From a virus (lineage: Duplodnaviria; Caudoviricetes), in the IMG/VR virus record IMGVR_UViG_3300003523_000012, positions 29,904 through 93,903 of that record: DNA of 64,000 bases, one strand, 5' to 3'. The notes under the pieces were generated by a model. That model did no database searches. It worked only from the letters and a program-made list of their open reading frames with translations, and was not told where the DNA came from. Shown in pieces: positions 1 to 10,692 of this stretch. The translations under genes were made by a program, and so were the position numbers. Position 1 is the stretch's first letter. Each line of letters starts with the position of its first letter.

Positions 1-465
1 CAAAGATTCAATCTTTTCATTGAGACTCTTCAATTTGTTATAGATTTGTGTGCGCTCATAATCAAGCTCATTGTACTCATTTTTAGCATTTTGCATTTGG
101 TCCAAATAGAAAACTTTTTCATTCTTAAGGCTTGCAAGCTTATATTGGATAGAATCTTGCAATTGCTCTTGACTGATTCCTTTTGGAAGCACAAATTTTC
201 TATTGTTCTTAAAATCTTCCATCCATTTTCTTTGGTCTTTTGCTTGAAGATATTCTACATAAAGGTCATCAAGATCAGGAATAAGTTTATTGACTTTTTC
301 TAAATTGATCTCTTCATTCTTTATGTTTCCAATAAAGTCATCATACTCGGTAGAGTATGAGCAGTTTGCAGTGAATGAATTTCCAGATTTTTGCATCTCA
401 TTAAGATCACGATAATATTCACCTTGATCTTTATATTCTTTTTCGTTAATGTAACCTTTAAACAT
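1..465 (-). CDS. hypothetical protein (3' end beyond window)
   Basis: ATG at 465 (MFKGYINEKEYKDQ...), open to window edge; read by hand. Confidence 0.75.
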   Translation of the reverse strand, partial: MFKGYINEKEYKDQGEYYRDLNEMQKSGNSFTANCSYSTEYDDFIGNIKNEEINLEKVNKLIPDLDDLYVEYLQAKDQRKWMEDFKNNRKFVLPKGISQEQLQDSIQYKLASLKNEKVFYLDQMQNAKNEYNELDYERTQIYNKLKSLNEKIESL

Positions 466-536
466 AGTAATATGATTTTTTGTATGTATTAAAATAATCT
501 TTTATTTGAGTTTTTTATTCATAAATATACTTATCA

Positions 537-926
537 TCAAAATCTATCAGATTTTTGAAAGTAATTGATCACTGCTAAAATATCATCATGAGTGAATCTT
601 TCAATCTCAATTGACCTAATAGAATCTTTGCAGTCTTCTTTCTCTTCATCAGTCATTGAAGCTAATGGAATAGAAAATCCAGTGTGATCATGAATAAATG
701 ATATTTCTACTCCATCATCTGCTACAAATAAAAGTACATGTGCAAATTCCGGATATGTTTTGATAACCTCTCCACTAATAAAGTATATATCTAATTTATG
801 AGTTTCACCACTATTCAAGTCAACATCTTCATATTGCTCCAAGTGCTTGATTTCAATATCACTAGAAGTAACATACTTTATAGTGTCTTTTATTTTCTTT
901 AATACTTCTTCTTTCATTTTTTTCAT
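537..926 (-). CDS. hypothetical protein
   Basis: 129-aa ORF abutting upstream gene. Confidence 0.75.
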   Translation of the reverse strand: MKKMKEEVLKKIKDTIKYVTSSDIEIKHLEQYEDVDLNSGETHKLDIYFISGEVIKTYPEFAHVLLFVADDGVEISFIHDHTGFSIPLASMTDEEKEDCKDSIRSIEIERFTHDDILAVINYFQKSDRF

Positions 927-927
927 A

Positions 928-1752
928 TTATAATTTTACACAAAGTTCTTTAGGAGTGATGCCAAACTTCTCTTTGATGAACTTGAGAGCTTCAAGCTTG
1001 ATTTCAAGGCTAGATACTTCATTCTTCGGAGCAATAATGTCATCTTCAGTGTCAGCGGTGGTCACTTCAGTGTGCTTCACAGTAGCTTGCTCAATAAGAG
1101 CTTTTCTCTTGGCTTCAGCTTCAGCGAGCTTAGCGGCTTTCTTAGCTTCTTTCTCAGCTTCCTTTGCGGCAGCTTTCTCTTTGGCAACTTCTGCATCATT
1201 CTCGGCATCAAGCTTGTTACGATTAACCGTCTCTTTCATGAGCTTGTGATATTTGTTGAACTCCTTCACACTCACTTCTTTGGAGTAGTACTTGTTATAG
1301 ATCTCTTCAGTGAAGACTTCGAGGAAGCTCTCATTTTTTGCATAGTTCGGCCAATTCTCATAGTCTTTCAGGAAGGCCTCATAGGAATCATATTTGACTT
1401 TCAGACACTCCACAGAAGATCTGTTGACCTTAGAGGTGATGAGATCATAGTTCTCTTGAGTGTCTTCGAAGCAAGCTCCTAATCTCACAAAGTTGGCGCA
1501 TCTCCAGGCCCAGTCATTTTTACCGTCGGTCATATAGCGGCCCCACTCGTTGAGGTTGTACTTCTTGCGGATCCAGCGGTCAGCATAGTTTAAACCATCG
1601 GGGTCGATAAAGACGTCACAGTCACAAACCCAGTTCCAGTGGTCATAAGGACGAGAATTCTCGTACTTGCCGTCAGAGATTTGACTGGAAAGTTCCCAGT
1701 TGTAAAGGAGTGCAGCGCTCAAGGTATTGAAATATAATTTGTTGTTTGCCAT
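928..1752 (-). CDS. hypothetical early protein with Ala/Lys/Glu-rich coiled coil
   Basis: 274-aa ORF preceded by GTTAA-N17-TATATT motif. Confidence 0.85.
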   Translation of the reverse strand: MANNKLYFNTLSAALLYNWELSSQISDGKYENSRPYDHWNWVCDCDVFIDPDGLNYADRWIRKKYNLNEWGRYMTDGKNDWAWRCANFVRLGACFEDTQENYDLITSKVNRSSVECLKVKYDSYEAFLKDYENWPNYAKNESFLEVFTEEIYNKYYSKEVSVKEFNKYHKLMKETVNRNKLDAENDAEVAKEKAAAKEAEKEAKKAAKLAEAEAKRKALIEQATVKHTEVTTADTEDDIIAPKNEVSSLEIKLEALKFIKEKFGITPKELCVKL

Positions 1753-1785
1753 ATTTTTTATTTTTTTTTATTGGTTTACATTATT

Positions 1786-1813
1786 AATATAATTCACTAT
1801 AAATGGAGTTAAC
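1786..1813 (-). promoter_or_regulatory. putative phage promoter GTTAA-N17-TATATT
   Basis: motif recurs about 11 times upstream of transcription units. Confidence 0.7.
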
Positions 1814-1828
1814 AGGAAAAAATTTTTT

Positions 1829-2356
1829 CTAGAACTCCCAGTCATAGTGCTTGTAAGGTTTGCTAGAGCAGATGAAAGGACAACTGTTGTCTCCAGCAGT
1901 ATAGAAATAACCATTCTTGTGTCTACGAATGATAATGATGTCATCCTCTGTGTATTCAGGCATAGTGATCTCCCAATCTTGAGAGTAAGTCTCTCCAACC
2001 AGCTTGGATTTCATTTTCACCACACCTACCTTATTAGGAGTGAACTCTTTGACACACTTGTACGGATTTACATCAGAGTACAAGAAATTATTGAAGTACT
2101 TCTCTTCAGTAGGCAAAGCATCTGCTTTAAGTTTGCCAATCTTGTCAACTAGCTTGTTTTTCCACTGAGAAGCCAGGTATAAAGACCCATAAGGGTTCTC
2201 TTTATAATTTAAGTACTTATTTTCAGCCTCTTTATCTTCCGGATGATTGAAGTGATAATCAATAAGCTCATCAATCTTCTTGATCTCATCTTCTAAAGCC
2301 GGAATCTGAGAGAGGCATGATTGTTTATATTGTTCTAATCTAGTCATTTTTGCCAT
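1829..2356 (-). CDS. hypothetical early protein
   Basis: ORF; ATG start MAKMTR at 2356 downstream of promoter motif. Confidence 0.8.
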   Translation of the reverse strand: MAKMTRLEQYKQSCLSQIPALEDEIKKIDELIDYHFNHPEDKEAENKYLNYKENPYGSLYLASQWKNKLVDKIGKLKADALPTEEKYFNNFLYSDVNPYKCVKEFTPNKVGVVKMKSKLVGETYSQDWEITMPEYTEDDIIIIRRHKNGYFYTAGDNSCPFICSSKPYKHYDWEF

Positions 2357-2384
2357 ATTCTTAAGTTTTAGTGTTATCAATAAC

Positions 2385-2412
2385 AATATATTTCACTATA
2401 TCAGTAATTAAC
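2385..2412 (-). promoter_or_regulatory. putative phage promoter GTTAA-N17-TATATT
   Basis: exact motif, 17-nt spacer. Confidence 0.7.
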
Positions 2413-2465
2413 GAAAAAAATTTTTTTTGCTAACTATGTGATTATCAATATAAAAACCCAAAATA

Positions 2466-2565
2466 TGGCGGCAGATGGCGGTTTAGACCTTAGGAGTATA
2501 ATTATATCAGGTACTGGTTATTCCGCCATCATGCGCCGTCCTAGATATCTTAGGCGGCGAAATTT
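2466..2565. repeat. dispersed GC-rich quasi-palindromic element, copy 1
   Basis: core aattatatcaggtactggttattccgcca identical (reverse complement) to copy at 29.9 kb. Confidence 0.85.
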
Positions 2566-2637
2566 AGGTCTACGTGCAGGCAGGAATTCTATTATATTAT
2601 ACAATTATAAGTGAAAAAAGAAAAAGAAAATTTTTCT

Positions 2638-2665
2638 GTTAATCTTCCAAGAGTTGAATTATATT
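2638..2665 (+). promoter_or_regulatory. putative phage promoter GTTAA-N17-TATATT
   Basis: exact motif. Confidence 0.7.
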
Positions 2666-2695
2666 GATATTGAACAACAATAAAAAAGAATAAAG

Positions 2696-3448
2696 ATGAA
2701 TAAAAATACTAAAATAGATAAAATACAGAAAGCTCTTGAGATGCTTTATGCAGAAGCTAATTCGGTCTTTCCTAGACCAATTCAGTGGAAAGAGCTCAAT
2801 ACTAAAGAGGTTGCAGACTGCATGGATGGCAGTCCTTCTCTCTGGTCTGCTTTCTATGTTCCTAAAGAGAGATTTGACCAAGTGATCAATTCTTTGACTC
2901 GTGGTTGTAGATATTCTTGGAGGTGGCCTAGAAAGACTCAAATTAATGAAACTACTGGAGAGATTGTTCCAGATCCTGAATGGGATGAATATATTGGTGA
3001 ATATGATATAATGGCTGCTAAGTTGGAGAAGAAAGTGATTACTCGCAAAGAGTTCAACAAGTGGCAAGCAGAAGCAGCTAAAAAGTATGGTATGCAAAAA
3101 CGTAACTATGATAGAGAATCTATTTCATTCAATGTCTGGAACTTTGGTCCTTCTTGTGATGAAGATTCTTTTTTAAGACTTAAAAGAGCTTATGTGTGCA
3201 ATACTATGAATAACATGCCCTTGGAAGAGGCTGTTGATAAAGCTTTCAAGAAGAGAACTTTTGAAGAAGAGTATGATTTGAGAAACCAGATTGCTGCTAA
3301 TTGGGTGAACAAAGATCAAGATGAATATCTCAGTAAAGAATCTATCATGTCTGAAGTAAATAGATATAATGAGGATCGCAAACAAAGAATGATGGAACTC
3401 ATTAACCAACTCAAAAGTGTCTGGGAGGTAGTCTCCAAAAACAAATAA
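2696..3448 (+). CDS. hypothetical protein
   Basis: 250-aa ORF after promoter motif. Confidence 0.85.
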   Translation: MNKNTKIDKIQKALEMLYAEANSVFPRPIQWKELNTKEVADCMDGSPSLWSAFYVPKERFDQVINSLTRGCRYSWRWPRKTQINETTGEIVPDPEWDEYIGEYDIMAAKLEKKVITRKEFNKWQAEAAKKYGMQKRNYDRESISFNVWNFGPSCDEDSFLRLKRAYVCNTMNNMPLEEAVDKAFKKRTFEEEYDLRNQIAANWVNKDQDEYLSKESIMSEVNRYNEDRKQRMMELINQLKSVWEVVSKNK

Positions 3449-3457
3449 ATTTTTCTA

Positions 3458-3485
3458 GTTAATTTGGAAAAATAAAGAATATATT
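3458..3485 (+). promoter_or_regulatory. putative phage promoter GTTAA-N17-TATATT
   Basis: exact motif. Confidence 0.7.
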
Positions 3486-3535
3486 ATCAACGACGACAAC
3501 AATTAATTACTAACCTTATAAAATTTTTAAGAATT

Positions 3536-4138
3536 ATGACTAAAATCAATGTGACTGAAATGAATTCCCAAATCTCTAACGCTCAAGCTGGTCCCTGGAT
3601 TTCTTACGTATGCAAGGACTCTGCTCTGATTGGACGCGCTAAGAAGCTGGCTCCAAAGGTGAATGCTATTTGCAAGGTTCTGGAACTTGACCCCGACTCT
3701 GTCAATGTGTCATTTGATAATATCAAGCCGGTAAGTAAGTCTATGTTTGACAGAATCAACATGGATATTGATACTACCAATATCCAGATTGACTTCCACA
3801 ATGCTAGCAAGAACTCTCGTGGATTCGTCTTCTTGACTATCAACGATAATGGTGAGGCCGTAGTTGAGCAGGAATATCCTACTTGGAAGGATCTCAAGGC
3901 CGCTCTTCCGGAAATGGTAGAAGTGACTGAAGATTCTGAGTGTGTGGAACCTGAAGAGGAAGAAGTTGAGGAAGTAGAAGAGGAAGAGGAAGAAGTTGAG
4001 GTGTGTGATGAAGACTGTGACCAGTGTGAGTGCATCTGTGAAGAGGAAGAAGATGAAGTAGAAGAGCTTGGTACAGAGAAAAGAGATGAGTGCCCTTTTG
4101 AAGATGAACTTGACAACCCTTATGACGATGAAGACTAA
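3536..4138 (+). CDS. hypothetical protein with very acidic, Cys-containing C-terminal tail
   Basis: 200 aa; EEEEVEE...CDEDCDQCECIC. Confidence 0.85.
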   Translation: MTKINVTEMNSQISNAQAGPWISYVCKDSALIGRAKKLAPKVNAICKVLELDPDSVNVSFDNIKPVSKSMFDRINMDIDTTNIQIDFHNASKNSRGFVFLTINDNGEAVVEQEYPTWKDLKAALPEMVEVTEDSECVEPEEEEVEEVEEEEEEVEVCDEDCDQCECICEEEEDEVEELGTEKRDECPFEDELDNPYDDED

Positions 4139-4250
4139 TCCATGGGATCAAGCACACATCATATTTTATGACAATATAGAAGATATTCTTTCACTGTCAG
4201 ACACAGAATCGGATGAAGAAGATGATTCTTTTGAAATCTAATACTAACTA

Positions 4251-4280
4251 AAGAGAGTGGGAGACTTCCCACTCTCTTTT
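4251..4280 (+). terminator. intrinsic terminator
   Basis: aagagagtggga-gact-tcccactctct followed by T tract. Confidence 0.75.
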
Positions 4281-4292
4281 AAAGCAACAAAT

Positions 4293-4652
4293 ATGATTGA
4301 AGCCATAGAAACTATTAAAAGAATGTTCAAAATGTGTCTCATGCAGACCATATATCTTTCAGATAGAATCAATATGCATCGTGTTGAAGACTATACTGGC
4401 ATATTTGATCTTGAAAATCATAAAAGATGCCATCAATATATTATTGACATATTTGATGCAGAAGAGCCATCAAAGATTCATTATGGTAGTTTCAATCTTG
4501 AAATAATTACTGAGATCAATAAAGGTAATGAACAAATCTGCAAAGTTACTATGTATACTCAAGTATATGGTCTTCCTTATGTGTTAGAGTTTGATGACTT
4601 TAAGAATGCTCTTTATGATATGATTGTAAGAAGAAACAAATTTTCTAAATAA
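4293..4652 (+). CDS. hypothetical protein
   Basis: ORF; ATG at 4293 preferred over GTG inside the terminator. Confidence 0.7.
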   Translation: MIEAIETIKRMFKMCLMQTIYLSDRINMHRVEDYTGIFDLENHKRCHQYIIDIFDAEEPSKIHYGSFNLEIITEINKGNEQICKVTMYTQVYGLPYVLEFDDFKNALYDMIVRRNKFSK

Positions 4653-4666
4653 CTAAAACTATTAAA

Positions 4667-5059
4667 ATGAAAAAGATTATTGGATTTCTATGTATTCTAT
4701 TTTGCCTAGTGATAACTGCACAGGCACAACATTATGTTATTCCTAAAGACTACACTCCAGCTAAAGCTACTATTGTTGGTGATGGGTTTGAGATGACTAA
4801 AACAGTTTATGTTGATCTTGACATTGACTCTTTGTATAATTATGTAGACTTCAAAGTGATCTCTGATTCCTACACTAGTGACTGCATTAGATTTAAAGTC
4901 AATTACATGACTGATTCTGGCCATTGTCTTCATCTAGACAAAAGCTCTACTTTAGTCATTGATGAGACTATGCTAGGCAATGAGTACAAACTGACTATCA
5001 GAGATACTTCTCAAGATGAGTACTCTAAGATGGTATTTCTCTTTTATAGATACGACTAA
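4667..5059 (+). CDS. secreted/periplasmic hypothetical protein
   Basis: signal peptide MKKIIGFLCILFCLVITAQA-Q. Confidence 0.75.
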   Translation: MKKIIGFLCILFCLVITAQAQHYVIPKDYTPAKATIVGDGFEMTKTVYVDLDIDSLYNYVDFKVISDSYTSDCIRFKVNYMTDSGHCLHLDKSSTLVIDETMLGNEYKLTIRDTSQDEYSKMVFLFYRYD

Positions 5060-5063
5060 ACGT

Positions 5064-5165
5064 TAGGATGGCGCCTGATGTCGGAATCAAAACGGGATGA
5101 TAAATTTATCATCCCGTTTTTGTTTGTGTCCCTAGGGCGGCCTAGGATATGCCTATCGGCGAATT
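5064..5165. repeat. dispersed GC-rich element, copy 2 (also a bidirectional terminator-like hairpin)
   Basis: aaaacgggatgataaatttatcatcccgtttt palindrome; right arm equals reverse complement of 21857-21886. Confidence 0.85.
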
Positions 5166-7215
5166 ATTTGGATTTCGTACCAGCTTTAGATTTGCTTCCA
5201 GTGTTCTTTGATGCTGTGGCTTTTGGCTTGTTGTTAGTTGTTCCAGTAACATTCTTTCCAGACATCTTGCTGCCATATGCAGCTTCAGCAGCAATAGTTG
5301 AAATGACATCAGTGTCATTAGTTCCAAACCATTGATAGAAATATTTTGTCACTCTTTTTAATTCTCCAGCTAGCTCTGTGTCTTTCTTTGCTTTAGCAGA
5401 TGTTTCAGTATTTAGATATGGTATTGGTGTTTCAGATGAAGTTATTCCAAGTTTAGTTTGTGTATAATTATAATAGCTTGTAGCATCTGATGGGTCTTTT
5501 TGGCTTAATTCTGCTTTTACTGGTGGCAATATGTTTTTTACGTTTCTTTCTCTTTCTTGCTTCTCTAACTCAATAGCCTTTTCTTGTTGTATTTTTTGAG
5601 CATTTATTGGATCTGCAGCTTTGTACATCTCAAGAACTTCTCTATCAACTGGAGTGTAGATCCTATCATCACCTTGCATAAACATATGCTCAATCATTGT
5701 GGAGTCTCTTGATTTTCCATGTTTCAGTTTGCATGTCACTCTTATTCCAGTTGGAAAGTCATCCAATCCAAGTGGACCATATTGTTCAACTGTAGCTCCA
5801 TCAAGAATAAGATTACCAATAGACATGATTGGGTTCCATGGATTACCAACAGTGAGGTGCCAGAATCCTACTGGGGCTGGTGAGAGCAATGAGTTTACAG
5901 CATTCTTTTGAGGTCTTCCTAAAGCATTAAGACCAGAGCCTAGCAAAGCCGAAAATATTCCTTTTGCTAAAGTTGCGGCAATGTTTTTCAAATCTGTCAA
6001 AAAATTTCCAGATCCACCACCAGCAGTCTTGAATATAGTTTGTCCAGACTCTACAAAAGCACCAACCACATCTGAGAATGATGAGTCACCATTAAGTTTA
6101 TATATAGGAAGATTGGCAAACACATTAGATTGTGATGGGCCACTCCCGTGATAAGCACCACCCCAGAATGCACCATTAGCATAAGTGACTGCAAGAATAT
6201 TTCCTAATAAGTCAAGAAATGCCATTTTAGGATTGATACCATCATAAGAGCGAAGCTCATAGTCAAAAGTTAGATTTATTTCATGATTGAAATCAAGACC
6301 AACACCTCTGATATGTGTTTTATTTATAACATCCAATGGTCCATACACTTTATTTCCATCCATATGTCCTCCTGTATATGGTGGATCTGTGCTGGTTCCC
6401 ATTTTATCAGCAAATTTCCCTATTCCTCTAGAGGCCCAACCAACTGGTCCTTTCATCATGTTCATATATTGTACTGGAGCTCGGCCAGCATAACCACGTA
6501 CCATTTGATCACGATACTTGTTATTACCCATAACATTCAAAAATGTTCCAATTGGTCCACCATTGTCTCCACCTCCGCCTCCACCTTGCTCCATAGTACC
6601 AGATTTTTCTTCAAATGGCATTTTGACATCCCATTTCAAAATTCCAGACATCTCATTTCCAGGTGTGCCTAACCATGTCACAAGTCTGCCAACATCTGGA
6701 TTGTGTTTCTCAGTCTCTTTGTATGTGTTGTCATTATGTACAAATGGATTAGTGTAGTTTATGTGGTCTCCAGCTGGGAATGGAAATCTTCTTAATGTTA
6801 TAAGATAGTTGTTAGGAACTTTTCCAAGATGCTTGCAATACATGAAGTCAGCATAAGAGTATACAGCACGTCCTAACATATTGTTTTGGCTAGCTTCTAC
6901 TAGAGCTTTTATAGAACAGTCTTTTCCTCTACGAGCAGTAGCTCTAATTTCAGGAGAGTCTAGCAATGGAGCATTTTGTCTTACCTGCATAAATTGGTTA
7001 TATCCAACAGCATACACCGGGTTGAACAATGACTTTATGCTAGTGTTTGGCAAAGCAACATCTTCTTCTGGTTTTTCACTTACTTCCATTTTCTGAATTG
7101 GTGCAGTAAAAGTACCCCAGTTTCTATAAGTGTTGAGGTTCTTAAGATCTTCTGCATCAAACAGATCTGCTCTTCTGGTATTGTTGAAATTGAAAAATGG
7201 TCCTATTGATGACAT
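5164..7215 (-). CDS. probable virion tail/baseplate protein
   Basis: 683 aa, last gene of baseplate operon; function from context only. Confidence 0.55.
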   Translation of the reverse strand: MSSIGPFFNFNNTRRADLFDAEDLKNLNTYRNWGTFTAPIQKMEVSEKPEEDVALPNTSIKSLFNPVYAVGYNQFMQVRQNAPLLDSPEIRATARRGKDCSIKALVEASQNNMLGRAVYSYADFMYCKHLGKVPNNYLITLRRFPFPAGDHINYTNPFVHNDNTYKETEKHNPDVGRLVTWLGTPGNEMSGILKWDVKMPFEEKSGTMEQGGGGGGDNGGPIGTFLNVMGNNKYRDQMVRGYAGRAPVQYMNMMKGPVGWASRGIGKFADKMGTSTDPPYTGGHMDGNKVYGPLDVINKTHIRGVGLDFNHEINLTFDYELRSYDGINPKMAFLDLLGNILAVTYANGAFWGGAYHGSGPSQSNVFANLPIYKLNGDSSFSDVVGAFVESGQTIFKTAGGGSGNFLTDLKNIAATLAKGIFSALLGSGLNALGRPQKNAVNSLLSPAPVGFWHLTVGNPWNPIMSIGNLILDGATVEQYGPLGLDDFPTGIRVTCKLKHGKSRDSTMIEHMFMQGDDRIYTPVDREVLEMYKAADPINAQKIQQEKAIELEKQERERNVKNILPPVKAELSQKDPSDATSYYNYTQTKLGITSSETPIPYLNTETSAKAKKDTELAGELKRVTKYFYQWFGTNDTDVISTIAAEAAYGSKMSGKNVTGTTNNKPKATASKNTGSKSKAGTKSK

Positions 7216-7532
7216 TACTCATTAAGATGTTTTTGTCCAGATATAGTATTTCTGACTCTCTCTACTATAGCTTTAAAGAAATAATCCCAAGAGAGATATT
7301 GTATAAAGAATCCATAGAACATGGCTTCAAAACTACGATGGAATGCATAGTACATGATTGCACCAAGCACAATAGCAACTCCAGTTGCAATGCATCTCTT
7401 TATCCAAGTAGTTAGAGTCTCTTTTAATTTTGTCAAGTACAAACACTCTAGTATAAACCATGTTATTACATTGCATAATATGATATACAAGAAATCTATA
7501 CTTCCAAGAATTGTGTCAATCACAGTTGTCAT
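7215..7532 (-). CDS. small membrane protein (holin-like)
   Basis: 105 aa, three hydrophobic segments, basic C-terminus. Confidence 0.45.
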   Translation of the reverse strand: MTTVIDTILGSIDFLYIILCNVITWFILECLYLTKLKETLTTWIKRCIATGVAIVLGAIMYYAFHRSFEAMFYGFFIQYLSWDYFFKAIVERVRNTISGQKHLNE

Positions 7533-7813
7533 TTTTTAAATTCTATTTTTATATGGTCTTTTAGTTTGAACTTGTCTTGCTTGACTAGCTCCATATCATC
7601 ATCAAACTGTCTGTAATAGACCTCAGCTTTGTCATACACTTTTTCTGTCTTCACTATATTCTTCAAAGCACTGATAAGGTCTTCACTCTCATACAGCTCA
7701 GTGATCTCAGCTTCATCAGTGTACCAAACAATTGGATAAGTGTTCAAAGCTACTTGAGAGTATAGCAGATCACTATCTTTAGTTGGTGACACTATGTTCA
7801 TTACATACATCAT
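7529..7813 (-). CDS. hypothetical protein
   Basis: 94 aa, overlapping start/stop with neighbours. Confidence 0.75.
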   Translation of the reverse strand: MMYVMNIVSPTKDSDLLYSQVALNTYPIVWYTDEAEITELYESEDLISALKNIVKTEKVYDKAEVYYRQFDDDMELVKQDKFKLKDHIKIEFKK

Positions 7814-10680
7814 ATCTTCTTTCTTATCTTGAATGCACCATCTCTGCTTTCACAATGCTCTTCATTGCCATATTGATAGTGTAGATTTATATTATAATAA
7901 CCAGGGGTAAGAACTCTTGGTTCAAATTTACCTATATAAGGTTCCATAAAGTCAATGCTTGTAGTGCTTTTGTATATTGGCATATGATTTGCACCAAACT
8001 CTGGAGTGAATGCTTTATACTCAATTGTGTTCTCCATTGTAGATGAGTTCAAGAACTCCCATACAATCTCATTATGGTCTTTATATGTTCTTTTCAACTC
8101 AGGAATAGCTACCATTAACTCTGAAGGAAGTACTTCACAATTGTTCTCTTCTACTTTAACAAGCTTGTGGAAAATAGGAATGAATCTGTCTTCATCAACT
8201 AGTTGGAAGAAATTACCTTCACATTTCACTTTGTTCTCAGCTAATCCATAAGGTACATTATTTGAGTCATACTCCAAATGATACCAATTATAGTCTGGAT
8301 ATACTCTCACATCCATTGGATGGCCAAAGACTTCTATATGAGCATAATCAGCTATCTTATAAGTGTTTATACTTCCAGGTATGCCATTTGAGCATATCAC
8401 TATTACATACATCAAGCCTTCAATTTGTATGATCTTTACAACTGCATCATCTTCACCACGATAGAATTGGTTATCGTATAATATTACGGCTTTATTGTTT
8501 ATAGTGAAATATTTTCTAATTCCAGTTATGACATTCATTGGAGCACCCAATATACCAGCACTGTCAATATCTGTGTAAATGTTTCTCTCAAACCACCAAT
8601 ATTCTGGATGGTTAGATTCTAACTGAGACACTGTGACTGTATTAGCTGAAATACCATCAACTTTAGCATCAGGAGAGTTTCCAGAAGTAGTGAATATGAT
8701 GACATGATTCAAGCCGGTGTTCTTTTGCATGTTAAGTATGTCTGCACAAATGTATTGTGAGCATGCAAGGCTTTCTGGCTCAAATGTCTGAGTGAACATG
8801 TAGTCATTTATATCATAAGAGTATTCTCCATTAGATATAGTGACTGTGCCACCAGCATCTGGATCTGTCGACACTTGGATCTCAAGATCTTTGTACTCTT
8901 TAGGATCAACTCTTTCTACTTTATAAATGTGAATTGGATTGTCTGCATCATCTAACACATTGATAATGAACTCTCTAGAGTATATGAAACTTTTAGTGGA
9001 AGTGAATGTCACAAAAAAATGGTATCTTCCAGCATTCTGGAAGAGCAGATTGAAGTTGAACTCATATTTCCAGTGACCAGTTAGATTGCCATCTTCGTCT
9101 TCAATCTCAATTGGCTCGATCCAAGTAGCATTGTCTACATAGTCAAACAGTTGCTTTGAGTCTCTTACCCAATGTATCTCAGCAGACTTTATTGCATCAT
9201 CTCCAGCCACATTAGAAGTTATCTTTACATCAATAGGGACTAATGCACCAAATTTATGTATTATATTTGCACCAGAGAACACGAATTCCCATGGAGTGCC
9301 ACTTCCTGCAAATGCATTCTGTATATAGCTTGTGTCTGCTTCAGTGTCAACACCAAGAATGCTCACTTCATCATAGTATCTTGAGTCATCTTGGACTCTA
9401 TCCATTCTAAGTATTGCACCAGAGTCAAAACGAGTTGGACCATACCCTCTTCCATCATTTGAAGTGTCATCATCAATCACTCTATCAAACTCTTTGTAAC
9501 CAAGAATTGTTCTTGAGTTCACATACACATCTTGAGGCTTTATGTAATAGTTAGCTTCTTTCTTGACACTTGACAAGAAATTGTTGCATCTGTCTATATA
9601 GTCTTTTCTTTGAAACACCCCAGAAGAGATGATCTTTATAGTGTTTGTGAAGCAAATGTCTTCTATTGTAGAATGGATCAAGTCTAAATGGAGTGGCATG
9701 AAGTAAGTTGAGAAGAAGTTCCCAACTAAAGTCATTTTCAAAGAAAGATCTAAAGCACTCCATATAGTTGACACTCTGTCAAGTATTGGATTATCCTGTG
9801 CAAGTGGATCACTAGGGTTCTCATCAAACTCAGTAGGAACATAATCTCCTATTGCATCAGTATCATGTTTTATTTTCTCTAATGCAAGATAAAGTCCTGT
9901 ATATGTAGTCTTAGAGAGGACTGACAACTGCTCTCTGAACCTATCATTTAGAATCTGCTCTAAATCATTAGAGATGAGTATGTCTTTGTTGTAGTGTACT
10001 TTCCAGAACTCCATGATCTTCACTAGATCTCCATACTCAAAGAACTTCATTGAGTTGACTAGAGACTTGTAGCTGCCTTTGTTTGCTACAATGTTCCAAT
10101 ACTCTAGAAGAAGCTCTTTCCATTTTCTATTCACAAGTATGTTGTCCATAGCTTCTTCATGGACATTGCTCTCATAAATAGCTTTCTGGATCTGCATAGG
10201 AATCTCAATCCCAAGATTCTCTAAGTCATTAGTGATAAGCTCATTCTCTGGATAGAAGTCAGCTCCAACTTGAATAGGCTCACCATTGATTTCCACTTTA
10301 ACAATATATTCTCCAGTAGATGAAGAGAAAGTATAGACAAAGAATCTGTACAAGTAAACTCCATTGTAAGATATTCCTTGAAGAGTCAAAGAAGAAACTA
10401 AAAAATTATTGATATTATAGTAATCAAACCCATTCAAGTTCTCTATCTGGGTTGGATCAATAGTCTGAGTTGGATCATCTGGATTGGCTCTAGACATGAA
10501 ATCCATAAGCTTGAAATATGGATTGTCTTCTATAGTGATATTCACACTAGGCACATCAGAGATGAACACAATCTCTTTGCAATAGTTTATGTTGGTTGAT
10601 TGTCCTTCATCAAACCAATGCACATACTTTCCAGTTCCATCAAAAATGTCTCCAGTTTCTATGTCTATGAATTTTAGCAT
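7810..10680 (-). CDS. probable baseplate wedge protein (gp7/gpI-like segment)
   Basis: 956 aa; NKGSYKSLVNSMKFF segment; follows gp6-like gene. Confidence 0.5.
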   Translation of the reverse strand: MLKFIDIETGDIFDGTGKYVHWFDEGQSTNINYCKEIVFISDVPSVNITIEDNPYFKLMDFMSRANPDDPTQTIDPTQIENLNGFDYYNINNFLVSSLTLQGISYNGVYLYRFFVYTFSSSTGEYIVKVEINGEPIQVGADFYPENELITNDLENLGIEIPMQIQKAIYESNVHEEAMDNILVNRKWKELLLEYWNIVANKGSYKSLVNSMKFFEYGDLVKIMEFWKVHYNKDILISNDLEQILNDRFREQLSVLSKTTYTGLYLALEKIKHDTDAIGDYVPTEFDENPSDPLAQDNPILDRVSTIWSALDLSLKMTLVGNFFSTYFMPLHLDLIHSTIEDICFTNTIKIISSGVFQRKDYIDRCNNFLSSVKKEANYYIKPQDVYVNSRTILGYKEFDRVIDDDTSNDGRGYGPTRFDSGAILRMDRVQDDSRYYDEVSILGVDTEADTSYIQNAFAGSGTPWEFVFSGANIIHKFGALVPIDVKITSNVAGDDAIKSAEIHWVRDSKQLFDYVDNATWIEPIEIEDEDGNLTGHWKYEFNFNLLFQNAGRYHFFVTFTSTKSFIYSREFIINVLDDADNPIHIYKVERVDPKEYKDLEIQVSTDPDAGGTVTISNGEYSYDINDYMFTQTFEPESLACSQYICADILNMQKNTGLNHVIIFTTSGNSPDAKVDGISANTVTVSQLESNHPEYWWFERNIYTDIDSAGILGAPMNVITGIRKYFTINNKAVILYDNQFYRGEDDAVVKIIQIEGLMYVIVICSNGIPGSINTYKIADYAHIEVFGHPMDVRVYPDYNWYHLEYDSNNVPYGLAENKVKCEGNFFQLVDEDRFIPIFHKLVKVEENNCEVLPSELMVAIPELKRTYKDHNEIVWEFLNSSTMENTIEYKAFTPEFGANHMPIYKSTTSIDFMEPYIGKFEPRVLTPGYYNINLHYQYGNEEHCESRDGAFKIRKKI

Positions 10681-10692
10681 TTAGTTTTTTCT

